NCBI GenBank assembly: GCA_963676795.2
Contig: CAXXTB010000001.1
Span: forward strand, 160,001 to 224,000
Length of the DNA stretch: 64,000 nt
Direction: 5' to 3'
Source: Geopsychrobacteraceae bacterium
Lineage (GTDB): Bacteria; Desulfobacterota; Desulfuromonadia; Desulfuromonadales; Geopsychrobacteraceae
Shown: piece by piece, positions 38,151-48,333 of the stretch
Numbering within the stretch: the stretch's first letter is position 1
Layout: each line of letters begins with the position of its first letter
Program-made: the position numbers and the translations under genes
The notes under the pieces: model-generated
The model's input: only the letters and a program-made list of their open reading frames with translations
The model's database searches: none
Told to the model about the DNA's origin: nothing

Positions 38151-41100
38151 ATGAATATGACCAGATTTTTCACTGCACTCGTCATCCTTGTTGGCGGAGC
38201 GACACTCACACTGACAGCATTCCTTATGACCAAAATCTGGGAAAAGGAGATAATTAGCGCTGCTCTGGCGCGTGACAACATCGCCTGCAGTGCCGCACTG
38301 CAAACCCAGATCGAACTGCACCTGATGCTGAGCCGTTCACTGCTGGGATTGTTTACCTCTTCAGAACAGGTCAGCCGGGACGAGTTCAATCGCTTTGCCG
38401 ATACCCTGATAAGAAATTCAACAAATATTATCGCTGTAGGCTGGCTGCCAAGGATTCGAGCTGAAGAACGCGACCAGTTTGCAAAAGAATTAAAATCATT
38501 CAGAGCGGACCACAGAGGCCTCTGGGAATTCAACGCCTCAGCTGAGCCTGTCGAAGCCGGCCCTAGAAAAAATTATTTCCCAGTCTTCTATACCATACCG
38601 TTTGAATCCACCCGGCGGCTGTTGGGTTTTGATGTCTCCTCTGTGGCTGATGCCTCAGCAGCCATGGAGACAGCCCGGGATTCTGCGGATGTGGCTGTTG
38701 CAGCAGAAATCCGTCCAGCCATTGAAGGACAACAGGAAAAGCGTTTTGTGACCTTCCTGCCCTATTACACAGCTGGCAGAATTCCGCAAAGCATTATTGA
38801 ACGCCGGGAAACTTTACAGGGATTTCTGGTCAGCAGCCATAAGATTGAAAGCATCCTCTCTGCCAGCCTGTCTGCCAGCGGCGAGGAGAGAATAAACCTC
38901 TATCTGTTCGACCAGACGGATCGTTCTCAGACTCGCTTCCTCTATGCATACGGCAAAACAATCTCCGACTCGCCAACCGATCTGTCGACACTGCTAGGTT
39001 CAGGAGCTGTCCAGACCAGGGACATAAAGGTCGGCAACAGAACCTGGCTTCTGGCAGTCGAAGCCACCCCCGCGTATAGTGCCGCAAAGAAAACCTGGCA
39101 GCCGTTTTTTGTCCTGATAACCGGAACCCTTATCTCTCTTTTGCTCGTCGCTTTCATTGATAAGATCCTGACCTCCTCCCAACGCGCCAGACAGTTGGCC
39201 CAAAAAGAGAGGGATGCGCGCAAGCTGGCCGAGGAAGCACTGGCCGAACAACATCGAACCGAGGTTGCGCTCCGCGAGAGCGAACAGAGATTCAGAGCCA
39301 TATTCAACAATTCCTATCAGTTTACCGGGCTGCTGAAGACCGACGGTACCCTGATCGATGCCAACGACACGGCCCTCGCCTTCATCAATGCCGACAAATC
39401 AGAGGTGATCGACAAGCCCTTCTGGGAATCAGGCTGGTGGGGTCACTCTGACGAGTTGTGCGAACAGCTGAAAAAGGCGATCGCTCAGGCCGCCACAGGG
39501 AAACAGGTCCTGTTTGTCGCTACCCATCTTTCCGCCAGGGACCAGATTCATACTGTCGAGGTCTCCATCACACCGATATTCGATGAACAGGGGCAGGTGC
39601 AACTGCTCATCCCCGAAGGGCGGGACATTTCCGAGCGCATCGAGATGGAGCAGAAACTGGAAGCCAGCGAAAAAGATCTGCGCATGCTGCTCGAACAATC
39701 GCCCATCGGTCTGAGACTCTGCACCCTGGATGGTCAGATCGTAGAGGCCAACCCGGCCTTTTCCAGAATCATCGGCTATACGATTGAGGAAATTTTGCAA
39801 TTAAATGTAATCGACATAACACCATCAGAATACGCCCTTGAGGAACGTGACTCGTTCATTTACCAGCTGAACACAACAGGCAGCTTCGGTCCCTACGAAA
39901 AGGAGTATATCCACAAGGACGGACACCTGGTTCCGGTGCGCATCAACGGCATTCTGCTTGAGCGGCGTGGCGAAAAGTTCTTCTGGGCCAGCATCGAAGA
40001 CATCACGGCCTTAAAAGCCTCCGAAAAAGAAGCCCAACTCCTGACCGAGCAACTGATTCAAGCCCAGAAGATCGAAGCGATCGGCACCCTGGCCAGCGGC
40101 ATAGCGCACGATTTCAATAATATCCTCTCGGCCATTCTGGGCTTTGCCGAACTGACCCTGAGAAACGCCAGCTGTGATCCGGCCACTGAGAAAAACCTCG
40201 GATTCATCCTGTCGGCCACCAATCGGGGCCGTGACCTGGTCCGCCAGATTCTCATGTTCAGTCGCAAGGAGAACGAAACCCAGGAGGCCTTTACCGTCGC
40301 TCCCATCGTTGAAGAAACCTATGCGTTGTTACGCCAGATGATCCCCTCGAGCATTTCTATCAGCCTCGATGCCCAGGAACAGGTCGGAAAGATCGCAGGG
40401 GATAAAACCCAGATTCAGCAGGTCATCATGAATCTCTGTACCAATGCCTTTCATGCCATGCCTGACAGTGGAGGACAGATCAACATCGGTCTGAAGCAAG
40501 TTAAGCTTGACGGAACTCGTGCAACCGGCAAGAACCTGCCCCATGGTGAATACGCGCTGATTACAGTCGCCGATAACGGCAGCGGCATTCCGGAGCAGAT
40601 CATCAGTCAAATCTTTGATCCGTTCTTTACGACCAAGGAAAGGGAACGCGGTACAGGGCTGGGACTCTCGGTTGTTCATGGTATTGTCAAAAGACACGGC
40701 GGCACAATCGAGGTAGAAAGCACAGTCGGCAAAGGGTCAACATTCTTCGTCTTTCTTCCCGTCTCTTCAGCATCCAATGATGCTGATTCTCACGAAGAAC
40801 ACCCGTTGGAAACAGGACACGGCGATGAGAGAATCCTGTTCATCGATGACGAACCGATGCTCAAAGAACTCGGTCAGCTGTCACTGGAAACCTTTGGCTA
40901 CCAGGTCACGGCAACCACCTCCGCCAAAGAAGCGCTGGAACTGTTCAGTGATGATCCATCAGCCTTTGATCTGATCATCACCGATCAGACCATGCCGGAA
41001 ATGACCGGTACCGATCTGACCCGAAAAGCTCTCTCCATTCGCCCGGATATTCCGATCATCATCTGCACAGGAGATGGCGACAAAAAAACGCGTGAAAAAG

Positions 41101-41186
41101 CCCTGTCGTTCGGTGCCAGAGCCCTGCTGGCAAAACCAGTGAGGATTAACGAACTGGTCCGGGAAATCAGAAAATTTCTCGGCTGA
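38151..41186 (+). CDS. Hybrid sensor histidine kinase (CHASE-PAS-PAS-HisKA-HATPase-REC)
   Basis: CHASE-like segment (GFDVSS..AMETARDS), AHDFNN H-box, NLCTNA, DNGSG, FFTTK, GTGLGL, REC TDQTMP. Confidence 0.9.
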   Translation: MNMTRFFTALVILVGGATLTLTAFLMTKIWEKEIISAALARDNIACSAALQTQIELHLMLSRSLLGLFTSSEQVSRDEFNRFADTLIRNSTNIIAVGWLPRIRAEERDQFAKELKSFRADHRGLWEFNASAEPVEAGPRKNYFPVFYTIPFESTRRLLGFDVSSVADASAAMETARDSADVAVAAEIRPAIEGQQEKRFVTFLPYYTAGRIPQSIIERRETLQGFLVSSHKIESILSASLSASGEERINLYLFDQTDRSQTRFLYAYGKTISDSPTDLSTLLGSGAVQTRDIKVGNRTWLLAVEATPAYSAAKKTWQPFFVLITGTLISLLLVAFIDKILTSSQRARQLAQKERDARKLAEEALAEQHRTEVALRESEQRFRAIFNNSYQFTGLLKTDGTLIDANDTALAFINADKSEVIDKPFWESGWWGHSDELCEQLKKAIAQAATGKQVLFVATHLSARDQIHTVEVSITPIFDEQGQVQLLIPEGRDISERIEMEQKLEASEKDLRMLLEQSPIGLRLCTLDGQIVEANPAFSRIIGYTIEEILQLNVIDITPSEYALEERDSFIYQLNTTGSFGPYEKEYIHKDGHLVPVRINGILLERRGEKFFWASIEDITALKASEKEAQLLTEQLIQAQKIEAIGTLASGIAHDFNNILSAILGFAELTLRNASCDPATEKNLGFILSATNRGRDLVRQILMFSRKENETQEAFTVAPIVEETYALLRQMIPSSISISLDAQEQVGKIAGDKTQIQQVIMNLCTNAFHAMPDSGGQINIGLKQVKLDGTRATGKNLPHGEYALITVADNGSGIPEQIISQIFDPFFTTKERERGTGLGLSVVHGIVKRHGGTIEVESTVGKGSTFFVFLPVSSASNDADSHEEHPLETGHGDERILFIDDEPMLKELGQLSLETFGYQVTATTSAKEALELFSDDPSAFDLIITDQTMPEMTGTDLTRKALSIRPDIPIIICTGDGDKKTREKALSFGARALLAKPVRINELVREIRKFLG

Positions 41187-41338
41187 ATAAAAGCCCTCTG
41201 GAGTCCGAAGCTTCAGGCGTCCTACCATCACTTGAGAAGGGAACCTGTTTTGAGTGAAAGCCTGCTCCGGTCATAGTCCATCACCAGGGCAGGCAAGGCA
41301 GGTCTCGAATTCGAGAAAAGAGTAACTTCTAACCCAAA

Positions 41339-41791
41339 CTATTCTGTTTCTTCCAGGCGAACGGTCAGAACCGGGATCGGTGATTTGCGGACAACCTTTT
41401 CCGCGGTGCTGCCGAACAGCACATGATCGAAGCCGGAACGACCATGGGTTCCCATGATGATCATGTCCGCATTATTCACCCGGGCCGTAGCGATAATCTT
41501 GTCATGGGGCAGGCCCGAAACAACCAGGCCCTGATGATTTTCATAGTCATACAACTTGCGCTTGCAGAAATCGGTCATCAGTTTCTGCGCTCCCTCGGCC
41601 AATTCTTCCTCAAGTTTCTCAAATGAAATATGCGGGAAATAGTAACCATGAAGATCGATCGATTCATCCACAACGTGCAGCGCAATCAGCTTCGCCTGAT
41701 ACTTCATGGCAATAGAGAGTGCCATCTGAAAAGCATTGTCGGAACTGTCTGAAAAATCAACCGGTACGACTATCGTCTTGATGTCCTTCAT
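41339..41791 (-). CDS. Universal stress protein
   Basis: IVVPVDFS, MGTHGRSG, GSTAEKVVR..P.PVL; ATG 41791 behind GGAGG. Confidence 0.92.
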   Translation of the reverse strand: MKDIKTIVVPVDFSDSSDNAFQMALSIAMKYQAKLIALHVVDESIDLHGYYFPHISFEKLEEELAEGAQKLMTDFCKRKLYDYENHQGLVVSGLPHDKIIATARVNNADMIIMGTHGRSGFDHVLFGSTAEKVVRKSPIPVLTVRLEETE

Positions 41792-41970
41792 ATAATCCTC
41801 CATTATGATGAATCCCCGGCGGATTGTAGCTCGGGAAGTTCTGCTCAGATCGGATCATTCTTTCATACAACCATAATAATTTATTATATGAATATTCATA
41901 TGCTACAACCAGTATTGTCAAGTGATTTTATTTTTCAAAATCACCGGAAACTATGGGACTTCTGATTTCG

Positions 41971-43377
41971 TCATTCTTTACCGCTCAAAGAGGCTGACAA
42001 CTGGGACATCGCATGGTTCAGTGCCGCCTTCATCACCTCTTCGAGGGACGGATGATAGACCGGCATCTGCAGGATCTCCTCAACCGTCAGCCCGTGTTCG
42101 ATAGCCAGCACCAGGGTATGGGCCATATGTTCGGCACCCCGGCCGAAGATCTCGGCCCCGAGCAAGAGCCCGGAATCTTTATCGGCGTAGATCTGGATCA
42201 GACCGCGACCGTCATGGTAAATCTCATGGCGCGGTCCGCTCCCCATCCGTGCCCGGCCGATCACCAGCCTGTCCTCGTCAAGGGTTTTGAAATCGGCGCC
42301 GACCGAGGCCATCTGCGGATCGGTGTAGTAGATACCGAGCGCCGGGGTTCTCTTCCCCTCTCTGCGCTGCGGGTAGCAAATGGCACTGTCCGCAGCGATA
42401 CGCCCTTCAATGTAGGCCTCATGCCAGAGCGGCAGATCCTCCGCTGCGTCACCGGCAATGAAAATACGGCTACCACCACACTGCATGGTCAGCGGATCGT
42501 AAACTGGCAGACCACGTTGATCGAGCTTGAGCCCTGCGTTTTCCAGGTTCATGCTGCGCAGATTGGAGCTTCTGCCACTGGCGACCAGAACCCGTTCATA
42601 GCTGCGGACAATCTCTTCGCCCTCAGCGGTGCGATAGGTCAGCTCGAAGCCCTCCGCAACCTTTCTGGCGGCGGTGAAGTTGCCGCGCGGGACGATGTCG
42701 AGTTCCTCCTGCAGGGTCTGCATCACCTCCTGCTGCATACGGGGATGGCTGAAGGATCCTATCCTGCCGCTGTGCCCGTAGAGGGTGGTCTTCACCCCCA
42801 GGCGCTGGAACGACTGTCCCAGCTCCAGGGCGATGACGCCGAGACCGACCACGGCCAGCGACTGCGGCAGATCGTCCAGCTCAAAGATCGTGTCGCTGGT
42901 ATCGAGTTCATCCCGCAGCGGTTCGAAAACCGGCGGCAGGTAGGGGGTGGAACCACAGGCGAGGATGATTTTGTTTGCCCTGACACGCAGCTTGCCAGCG
43001 ACCTCGATGGTCTGCCCGTCGACAAAGGTCGCTTTCCCTTCAAGCTTGAACTTATCCGGAATACTTTTGACGTACTTGAGCACCCCACCGACAAAGGTCT
43101 GGGCCCGGTCCTGCCTGAGCCGTTCAAAAACCCGCGGCCCGTTGACCCGGTACTGGCCGTCAATGCCGAAGTAGCTGCCGTGATCGATGGCATGGGCCAG
43201 CTCCGCCGCGGCGATCAGCATCTTACTCGGCATGCAGCCGACCCGCGCACAGGTGGTTCCGTAGGGCCCGTGCTGAATCAGCAGCAGACTGTCGGTCACT
43301 TTGCGTATCCGGCTGAACGCCCCCAGCCCTGCCGTACCAACCCCGACAATCGCGTATTCAACTTCTCGAATTTCCAA
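41971..43377 (-). CDS. Dihydrolipoyl dehydrogenase-like pyridine nucleotide-disulfide oxidoreductase
   Basis: GVGTAG FAD motif, TTCARVGCMPSK redox disulfide, GLGVIALE, IAGD, YHPSLEE. Confidence 0.85.
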   Translation of the reverse strand: MEIREVEYAIVGVGTAGLGAFSRIRKVTDSLLLIQHGPYGTTCARVGCMPSKMLIAAAELAHAIDHGSYFGIDGQYRVNGPRVFERLRQDRAQTFVGGVLKYVKSIPDKFKLEGKATFVDGQTIEVAGKLRVRANKIILACGSTPYLPPVFEPLRDELDTSDTIFELDDLPQSLAVVGLGVIALELGQSFQRLGVKTTLYGHSGRIGSFSHPRMQQEVMQTLQEELDIVPRGNFTAARKVAEGFELTYRTAEGEEIVRSYERVLVASGRSSNLRSMNLENAGLKLDQRGLPVYDPLTMQCGGSRIFIAGDAAEDLPLWHEAYIEGRIAADSAICYPQRREGKRTPALGIYYTDPQMASVGADFKTLDEDRLVIGRARMGSGPRHEIYHDGRGLIQIYADKDSGLLLGAEIFGRGAEHMAHTLVLAIEHGLTVEEILQMPVYHPSLEEVMKAALNHAMSQLSASLSGKE

Positions 43378-43423
43378 GAGATTCTCCTCAATTCACGGCT
43401 AACAACTTTGAAAAACAAACAGT

Positions 43424-44365
43424 CTACAATTCTGCGACAATTCGCCCCATATCTGACGTATCGTAACCGCCGATCTGGGAAAATTCTGTTCGAAACGCTT
43501 CCGATTGAATGATCTTCAGCATGGTCTGCATCTCATGGCTGGCGAAATCTTCTTTCCTGATAACCAGATCGTAACGCTCCTTTTTGAGCGGAATGAAGTC
43601 TATGTTATCCACCTGCCTGGCTATCTTTTCGCTGCCGACAGCAACGTCTGCGGCACCACTGCTGACAGCACTGGCAACCGCCAGATGTGACTGGCTCTCT
43701 TTATTATAGCCCTTGATACGACTGCCAAAAATACCCAGCTGCCTTAAATTTTCGTCAAGCAAAACCCTGGAACCGGCCCCGTGTTCACGATTGATCATGG
43801 TGATGTCGTCCCGCCCGAAATCCTCCCAACCGGAAATCTCTTTCGGGTTCCCCTTGGCAACATAGAGCCCCTGGATGCGACAGGTCAGATGGATAACAAC
43901 CGTCGGAATTCCCGGCAGCAGACGTCTGACATAGGGGATGTTGTAACTGTCGCTGTCGCTATCCCAGAGATGCACAGAGGCTACATCGATCTTGTTTTTA
44001 TAGAGCGAGACCAGACTGTCGTAGCTGCCGATATAGGCCCTTAGGGCGGGGATATCATGAAGCCGCAGATAGTTGGAAAGAATATCCAGAATCAGATCCT
44101 GGCCACAGATGATGAAGCCGCCGCTTCTGCTGTCAGCTCCCGGCAGACTGAATACGCCGGCCGGTTCAACGGCTTTGCCGGATGCGCTCTGCCCATTTCT
44201 GGAGCGATTGATGTAATTCTGCACATCCTCTTCGCGGAAGCGAACCTTGCGCCCGACCGTATAGGAGTTGATCTCTCCTTTTTTGATCAGATTATAGATC
44301 ATACTCTTGCTGACGTTCAGCAGGTCGGCCACGTCCTGAACCGACAATGCGGTTTCCTTCTCCAT
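43424..44365 (-). CDS. Excisionase-type HTH plus periplasmic-binding-protein-like (molybdate-binding-like) transcriptional regulator
   Basis: LSVQDVADLLNVSKSMIYNLIKKGEI..Y.VG, then GSYDSL, HLWD, INRE.GAGSR, ERYDLV. Confidence 0.85.
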   Translation of the reverse strand: MEKETALSVQDVADLLNVSKSMIYNLIKKGEINSYTVGRKVRFREEDVQNYINRSRNGQSASGKAVEPAGVFSLPGADSRSGGFIICGQDLILDILSNYLRLHDIPALRAYIGSYDSLVSLYKNKIDVASVHLWDSDSDSYNIPYVRRLLPGIPTVVIHLTCRIQGLYVAKGNPKEISGWEDFGRDDITMINREHGAGSRVLLDENLRQLGIFGSRIKGYNKESQSHLAVASAVSSGAADVAVGSEKIARQVDNIDFIPLKKERYDLVIRKEDFASHEMQTMLKIIQSEAFRTEFSQIGGYDTSDMGRIVAEL

Positions 44366-44400
44366 AATCCTTCTCAATCCCTCACCTGACTTTACCGTTG

Positions 44401-44517
44401 ACGAAAAGAAACGAAAATGAATATATAACAGTAAATTCTTTATTTTTCAAGCAGTTAACGTTCAATTTAATCTCGTTTCACACACAAGAAAAGCAAAAAG
44501 AACGAAACAAAACGAAA
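44401..44517. promoter_or_regulatory. Tandem ACGAAA direct repeats with 10-bp period; putative operators
   Basis: ACGAAA at 44401 and 44411, and at 44502 and 44512, in the divergent intergenic region. Confidence 0.5.
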
Positions 44518-44545
44518 TTGCACAAACCAGTCAAGGCGAAATACG

Positions 44546-45610
44546 ATGAATGAGCTGATATTTTTCGTTGTCACCCTGTGCGTCGGCAGCTTTGTCGGGC
44601 TGCTGGCCGTGCGCATCAGTATCCCGGCCGGTCTGATGATCGGCTCACTTGTCGGTGTTGCCTGTTTCAATATCTTAAGTGAGCGGGCCTTTATGCCGCA
44701 CCAGACAACCTTTGTTGTCCAGGTTGTTGCCGGAGCCTTCATCGGCTGCTCGATGGAAAAGAGCGACATCAGACGCCTGCCGCAGATCATCAAGCCGACC
44801 CTGCTGATGATGGGAGCATTACTGGTCCTGAACCTGGGCGCCGGTTTTCTGATCTACAGCTTAAGCCCTCTTGATCTGGTCACGTCGCTGATGTCTGCCG
44901 TTCCTGGCGGCATCAATGACACACCGATCATTGCTGAAATTATGGGTGCTGACGGCCCCAAAGTTGCGGTTATGCAGCTGGTCCGCCAGGTTCTCGGCAT
45001 CGGTGTCTTCCCCGCGCTGATCGGCATTCACGCCCGCTACCGCAAAAGCGGTGAGGATTTCGGAACCAGGGCGGCCTTTCACGGCAAACGCCAGAAATCG
45101 GCCACTAAGTCGTACACGGCCTTTGCGACCACGCTTCTGGTCGCCTGCCTGTTCGGTGTCCTCGGCAAGCTGTCAGGGATTACAGCCGCCACCTTCGTCT
45201 TTTCCATCATCGCTGTTCTGATGTTAAAGCTGGTTTTCGATTTTGCCTACATCCCCAAGCAGATCAAGAAGTGGGCACAGGTCTTAAGCGGCAGCTATCT
45301 TGGCAGTACAATCCTCATGGACGACGTTCTGACCCTGAGTCACCTGCCGGTGCCGCTGCTGATCATTGTCGTTGGCTACGCGGCGAATTGTTATTTTACC
45401 GGCAAGATCATCAGCAGGGCGTGCGGCTTTTCCCGGAAGGAAGGGATGCTCATCACCACCCCGGCCGGAGCGTCAGATATGGCCCTGATCTCCTCCGATC
45501 TGGGCGTGGATAACACCGATATCATCATCCTCCAGGTTCTGCGAGCGGTCATTGTCATGTCGCTCTTTCCACAGTTGGTCAATCTCATACTGTACCTTGC
45601 TCAAGGATAA
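44546..45610 (+). CDS. AbrB-family duplicated membrane protein (E. coli AbrB type)
   Basis: Two internal repeats: IPAGLMIGS...QVVAGAFIG...PGG...Q.VR and QVLSGSYLG...PAGASDM...QVLR. Confidence 0.82.
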   Translation: MNELIFFVVTLCVGSFVGLLAVRISIPAGLMIGSLVGVACFNILSERAFMPHQTTFVVQVVAGAFIGCSMEKSDIRRLPQIIKPTLLMMGALLVLNLGAGFLIYSLSPLDLVTSLMSAVPGGINDTPIIAEIMGADGPKVAVMQLVRQVLGIGVFPALIGIHARYRKSGEDFGTRAAFHGKRQKSATKSYTAFATTLLVACLFGVLGKLSGITAATFVFSIIAVLMLKLVFDFAYIPKQIKKWAQVLSGSYLGSTILMDDVLTLSHLPVPLLIIVVGYAANCYFTGKIISRACGFSRKEGMLITTPAGASDMALISSDLGVDNTDIIILQVLRAVIVMSLFPQLVNLILYLAQG

Positions 45611-45626
45611 AAAGGAGTTTCGTATC

Positions 45627-46646
45627 ATGTCCGTCAAAATTGCAATCAACGGCTTTGGCCGCATCGGCCGCATGGCCTTCAGGCAGCTGTTTGAGATGGA
45701 AGGATTTGAAGTTGTCGCCGTCAACGATCTGGCCTCGGTTGGCATGCTGACCTATCTGCTGAAATACGATTCGGCCCAGCCCAGCTATCCCCATAGCGCA
45801 GCGGTGACCCACAACCAACAATCGATCTGCATCAACGGCAGAGAGATCGCCGTTTACAACGAAAGCGATGCTGAACAGCTCCCATGGCGGAAACTTGGGG
45901 TCGATATCGTCCTTGAGTGTTCCGGGGCCTACCTCTCCAAGGTCAAGGGGATGGCACACATTACCGCCGGAGCGCAGAAGGTTGTCTTTTCGGCACCGGC
46001 TGGCAGCGATATTCCGACCATCGTCTACGGCATCAACGAACAGATTCTTAGTGCAGACGATAATTTTATTTCAGCAGCATCCTGTTCAACCAACGCCCTG
46101 GCTCCCATGGTCAAGGCGCTGCATGATACGACCCCGATCCTAAGCGGCATCATGACGGTTGTTCACGGCTATACCGCCTCGCAGATGCTGGTCGACAGCC
46201 CGCAGAAAGGCGGCAGTCTCAGGCGTTCAAGAGCAGCAGCATCAAACATCATTCCTGCGACCGCAGGTGCAGCCAAGGCGGTCGCCCAGGTGATCCCGGA
46301 ACTGGCGGGCAAGCTCACTGGCTCAGCAATCCGGGTCCCCGTTCCCTGCGGTTGCCTGATTACCCTGACCGCCGTTGTCGCTGGCAATGACGTGACTGAA
46401 ACCAGGATCAACGAAGTCATGCAATTAGCCTCCTCTGACATTTTTGGCTACAGTGAAGAAGAATATGTCTCCAGCGACATCATCGGCATGACCTACGCCT
46501 CACTCTTTGATGCCACCCAAACAATCGTCTGCCCGATCCGCGACAACCTTTATGAAGTGCGGGTTGCCGCCTGGTTTGACAATGAAAACTCCTTTGCCAG
46601 TCAGATGGTCAAAACGGTCAATCATGTCGCCAGACTTCAACCGTAA
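45627..46646 (+). CDS. gap: Type I glyceraldehyde-3-phosphate dehydrogenase paralog (atypical)
   Basis: INGFGRIGR, LKYDS, catalytic ASCSTN, H.YT, RVP, WFDNE; AAGGAG RBS. Confidence 0.85.
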   Translation: MSVKIAINGFGRIGRMAFRQLFEMEGFEVVAVNDLASVGMLTYLLKYDSAQPSYPHSAAVTHNQQSICINGREIAVYNESDAEQLPWRKLGVDIVLECSGAYLSKVKGMAHITAGAQKVVFSAPAGSDIPTIVYGINEQILSADDNFISAASCSTNALAPMVKALHDTTPILSGIMTVVHGYTASQMLVDSPQKGGSLRRSRAAASNIIPATAGAAKAVAQVIPELAGKLTGSAIRVPVPCGCLITLTAVVAGNDVTETRINEVMQLASSDIFGYSEEEYVSSDIIGMTYASLFDATQTIVCPIRDNLYEVRVAAWFDNENSFASQMVKTVNHVARLQP

Positions 46647-46721
46647 CCCCAGGGAATTCTGTCCCGCAACACCTGTGCCCAGCAAGCACAGTCCACAGAA
46701 CCACCTGAGACCAAAGGACAG

Positions 46722-47027
46722 TTATTGAGTAGATAATTTTTCTTCGACACTGCGGATCTTGTCTTGCATCGACTGCTGGCGATCCGTTCTGGTCCCCATC
46801 CGGATCGTTGTTGTAATCCGCGGTGCTCCAGCCTCATGGATTTTCTCATGACATGCCTTGATCGCCGCAAACACTTCATCATAGTCACCTTCAACATTGG
46901 TTCCATAGGCATGCAGATTGTATTTCAGCCCTGCCTCCTTGAGGACATTCTGACAGAGCGCCACATATTTCGAGACAGAAACGCCAACTCCCATAGGAAT
47001 GACGCAGAGATCGACAATGACATCCAT
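46722..47027 (-). CDS. MTH1187/YkoF family thiamine-binding protein
   Basis: IPMG..VSVSKYVA, HAYGTNVEG, GAPRI.T...TRTD. Confidence 0.88.
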   Translation of the reverse strand: MDVIVDLCVIPMGVGVSVSKYVALCQNVLKEAGLKYNLHAYGTNVEGDYDEVFAAIKACHEKIHEAGAPRITTTIRMGTRTDRQQSMQDKIRSVEEKLSTQ

Positions 47028-47274
47028 TTTTATTTTCCTTCCTCAACCTGACTGGGCTGCAGTTACGAATTGAATTCAGGGGCAAACACTGTGATCCATT
47101 CTAACCGAAGTCGTGTCAACGGACAAAAGATCGATCAGACAAAACGTTTCTTTTCATCAACCGAATTAATTTTTGTCCCGAATCATCCGGAAAAGCCTGT
47201 ATCCAGATCAATTTTATTGTAGATTATATATTCGAGTTACAACTTTGCCACATTATCAGACGAAAGGACGTTGA

Positions 47275-48333
47275 ATGAACAATTGGGGAGATGGCTCTTC
47301 CGGAGACGATCTGGAACGCAAGGTGGTTGAAATCACCAACAATTTCAAACGAAAATTCGCAGCCGGCAGAAGCGGTGGTGGCAAGGGAGGCAAGTCGCCT
47401 TTCTTCATTTTTCCCGTGATTGCAATTATTGTTATTATCTTCGGTCTGTATACCTGTTTCTACGAAGTCGATACCGAAGAGACCGGCGTCATCCTGCGCT
47501 TCGGCAAGTTTGCCGCCTATGCCGATCCTGGCCTGCACCTGAAAATGCCGTTCGGCATCGATCAGGTCTACCTGGTTCCGACCGGCCGGGTTCTGAAAGA
47601 AGAATTCGGCTACCGGACCGTCACCCCCGACGTCCGTACGGTTTACAACAAAAAGGGCCTCGAAGAGGAATCGCTGACCCTGACCGGCGACCTGAACGTC
47701 AGTGATGTTGAATGGATCGTCCAGTTCCAGATCGCTGACCCGTTCAAATATGTCTTCCGCATCAAGGATCCGATCGGCACAATCCGCGATATTACCGAAG
47801 CGATGGTGCGTAAAGCGATCGGCAACGCCAATGTCTCTCAGGTTCTGACCACAGAGCGTGCCGCGCTGGCATCACAGATCGAACTGGAACTACAAAATGC
47901 ACTGAACAGCTATGACATCGGCGTGCGGATCGTCACCGTCAAGTTCCAGGACGTCAACCCGCCGGACCCAGTCAAAGCGGCGTTCAACGAGGTCAACGAA
48001 GCGGAACAGCAGAAGGAAAGCTTGATTTTCCAGGCCCGAGAACAGTTTAACCGTGAGGTCCCCAAAGCGCGCGGACAGGCCAAAAGTACCCTTCAGGAAG
48101 CCGAAGGCTACGCCGTCGAACGGATCAACAAGGCACGCGGGGAAACCGATCGCTTCAACGCCCTGTTGACCGAATATCGCAAGGCCCCGGAGGTGACCCG
48201 CAAGCGGATCTATATCGAAACCATGGAAGAGGTTCTGCCGGCACTCAAAGAAACCTACATCATGGATGAAAAGAACAGCGGATTATTGCCGCTTCTGCAA
48301 CTTGGAGACACTGCGAAAGGAGCGACGAAATGA
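47275..48333 (+). CDS. hflK: FtsH modulator HflK
   Basis: SPFH domain, LTGDLN, P.PVKAAF.EV, ARGE..RF, Y.KAPEVTR.R.Y. Confidence 0.92.
   Translation: MNNWGDGSSGDDLERKVVEITNNFKRKFAAGRSGGGKGGKSPFFIFPVIAIIVIIFGLYTCFYEVDTEETGVILRFGKFAAYADPGLHLKMPFGIDQVYLVPTGRVLKEEFGYRTVTPDVRTVYNKKGLEEESLTLTGDLNVSDVEWIVQFQIADPFKYVFRIKDPIGTIRDITEAMVRKAIGNANVSQVLTTERAALASQIELELQNALNSYDIGVRIVTVKFQDVNPPDPVKAAFNEVNEAEQQKESLIFQAREQFNREVPKARGQAKSTLQEAEGYAVERINKARGETDRFNALLTEYRKAPEVTRKRIYIETMEEVLPALKETYIMDEKNSGLLPLLQLGDTAKGATK

Noticed and set aside
42013..43512. 499-aa + strand ORF
   Set aside because: Antisense shadow of the Lpd-like gene
43424..44365. Excisionase-like HTH as evidence of a prophage or ICE
   Set aside because: It is fused to a PBP sensory domain, a known regulator architecture; no integrase, att-like repeats or phage genes nearby
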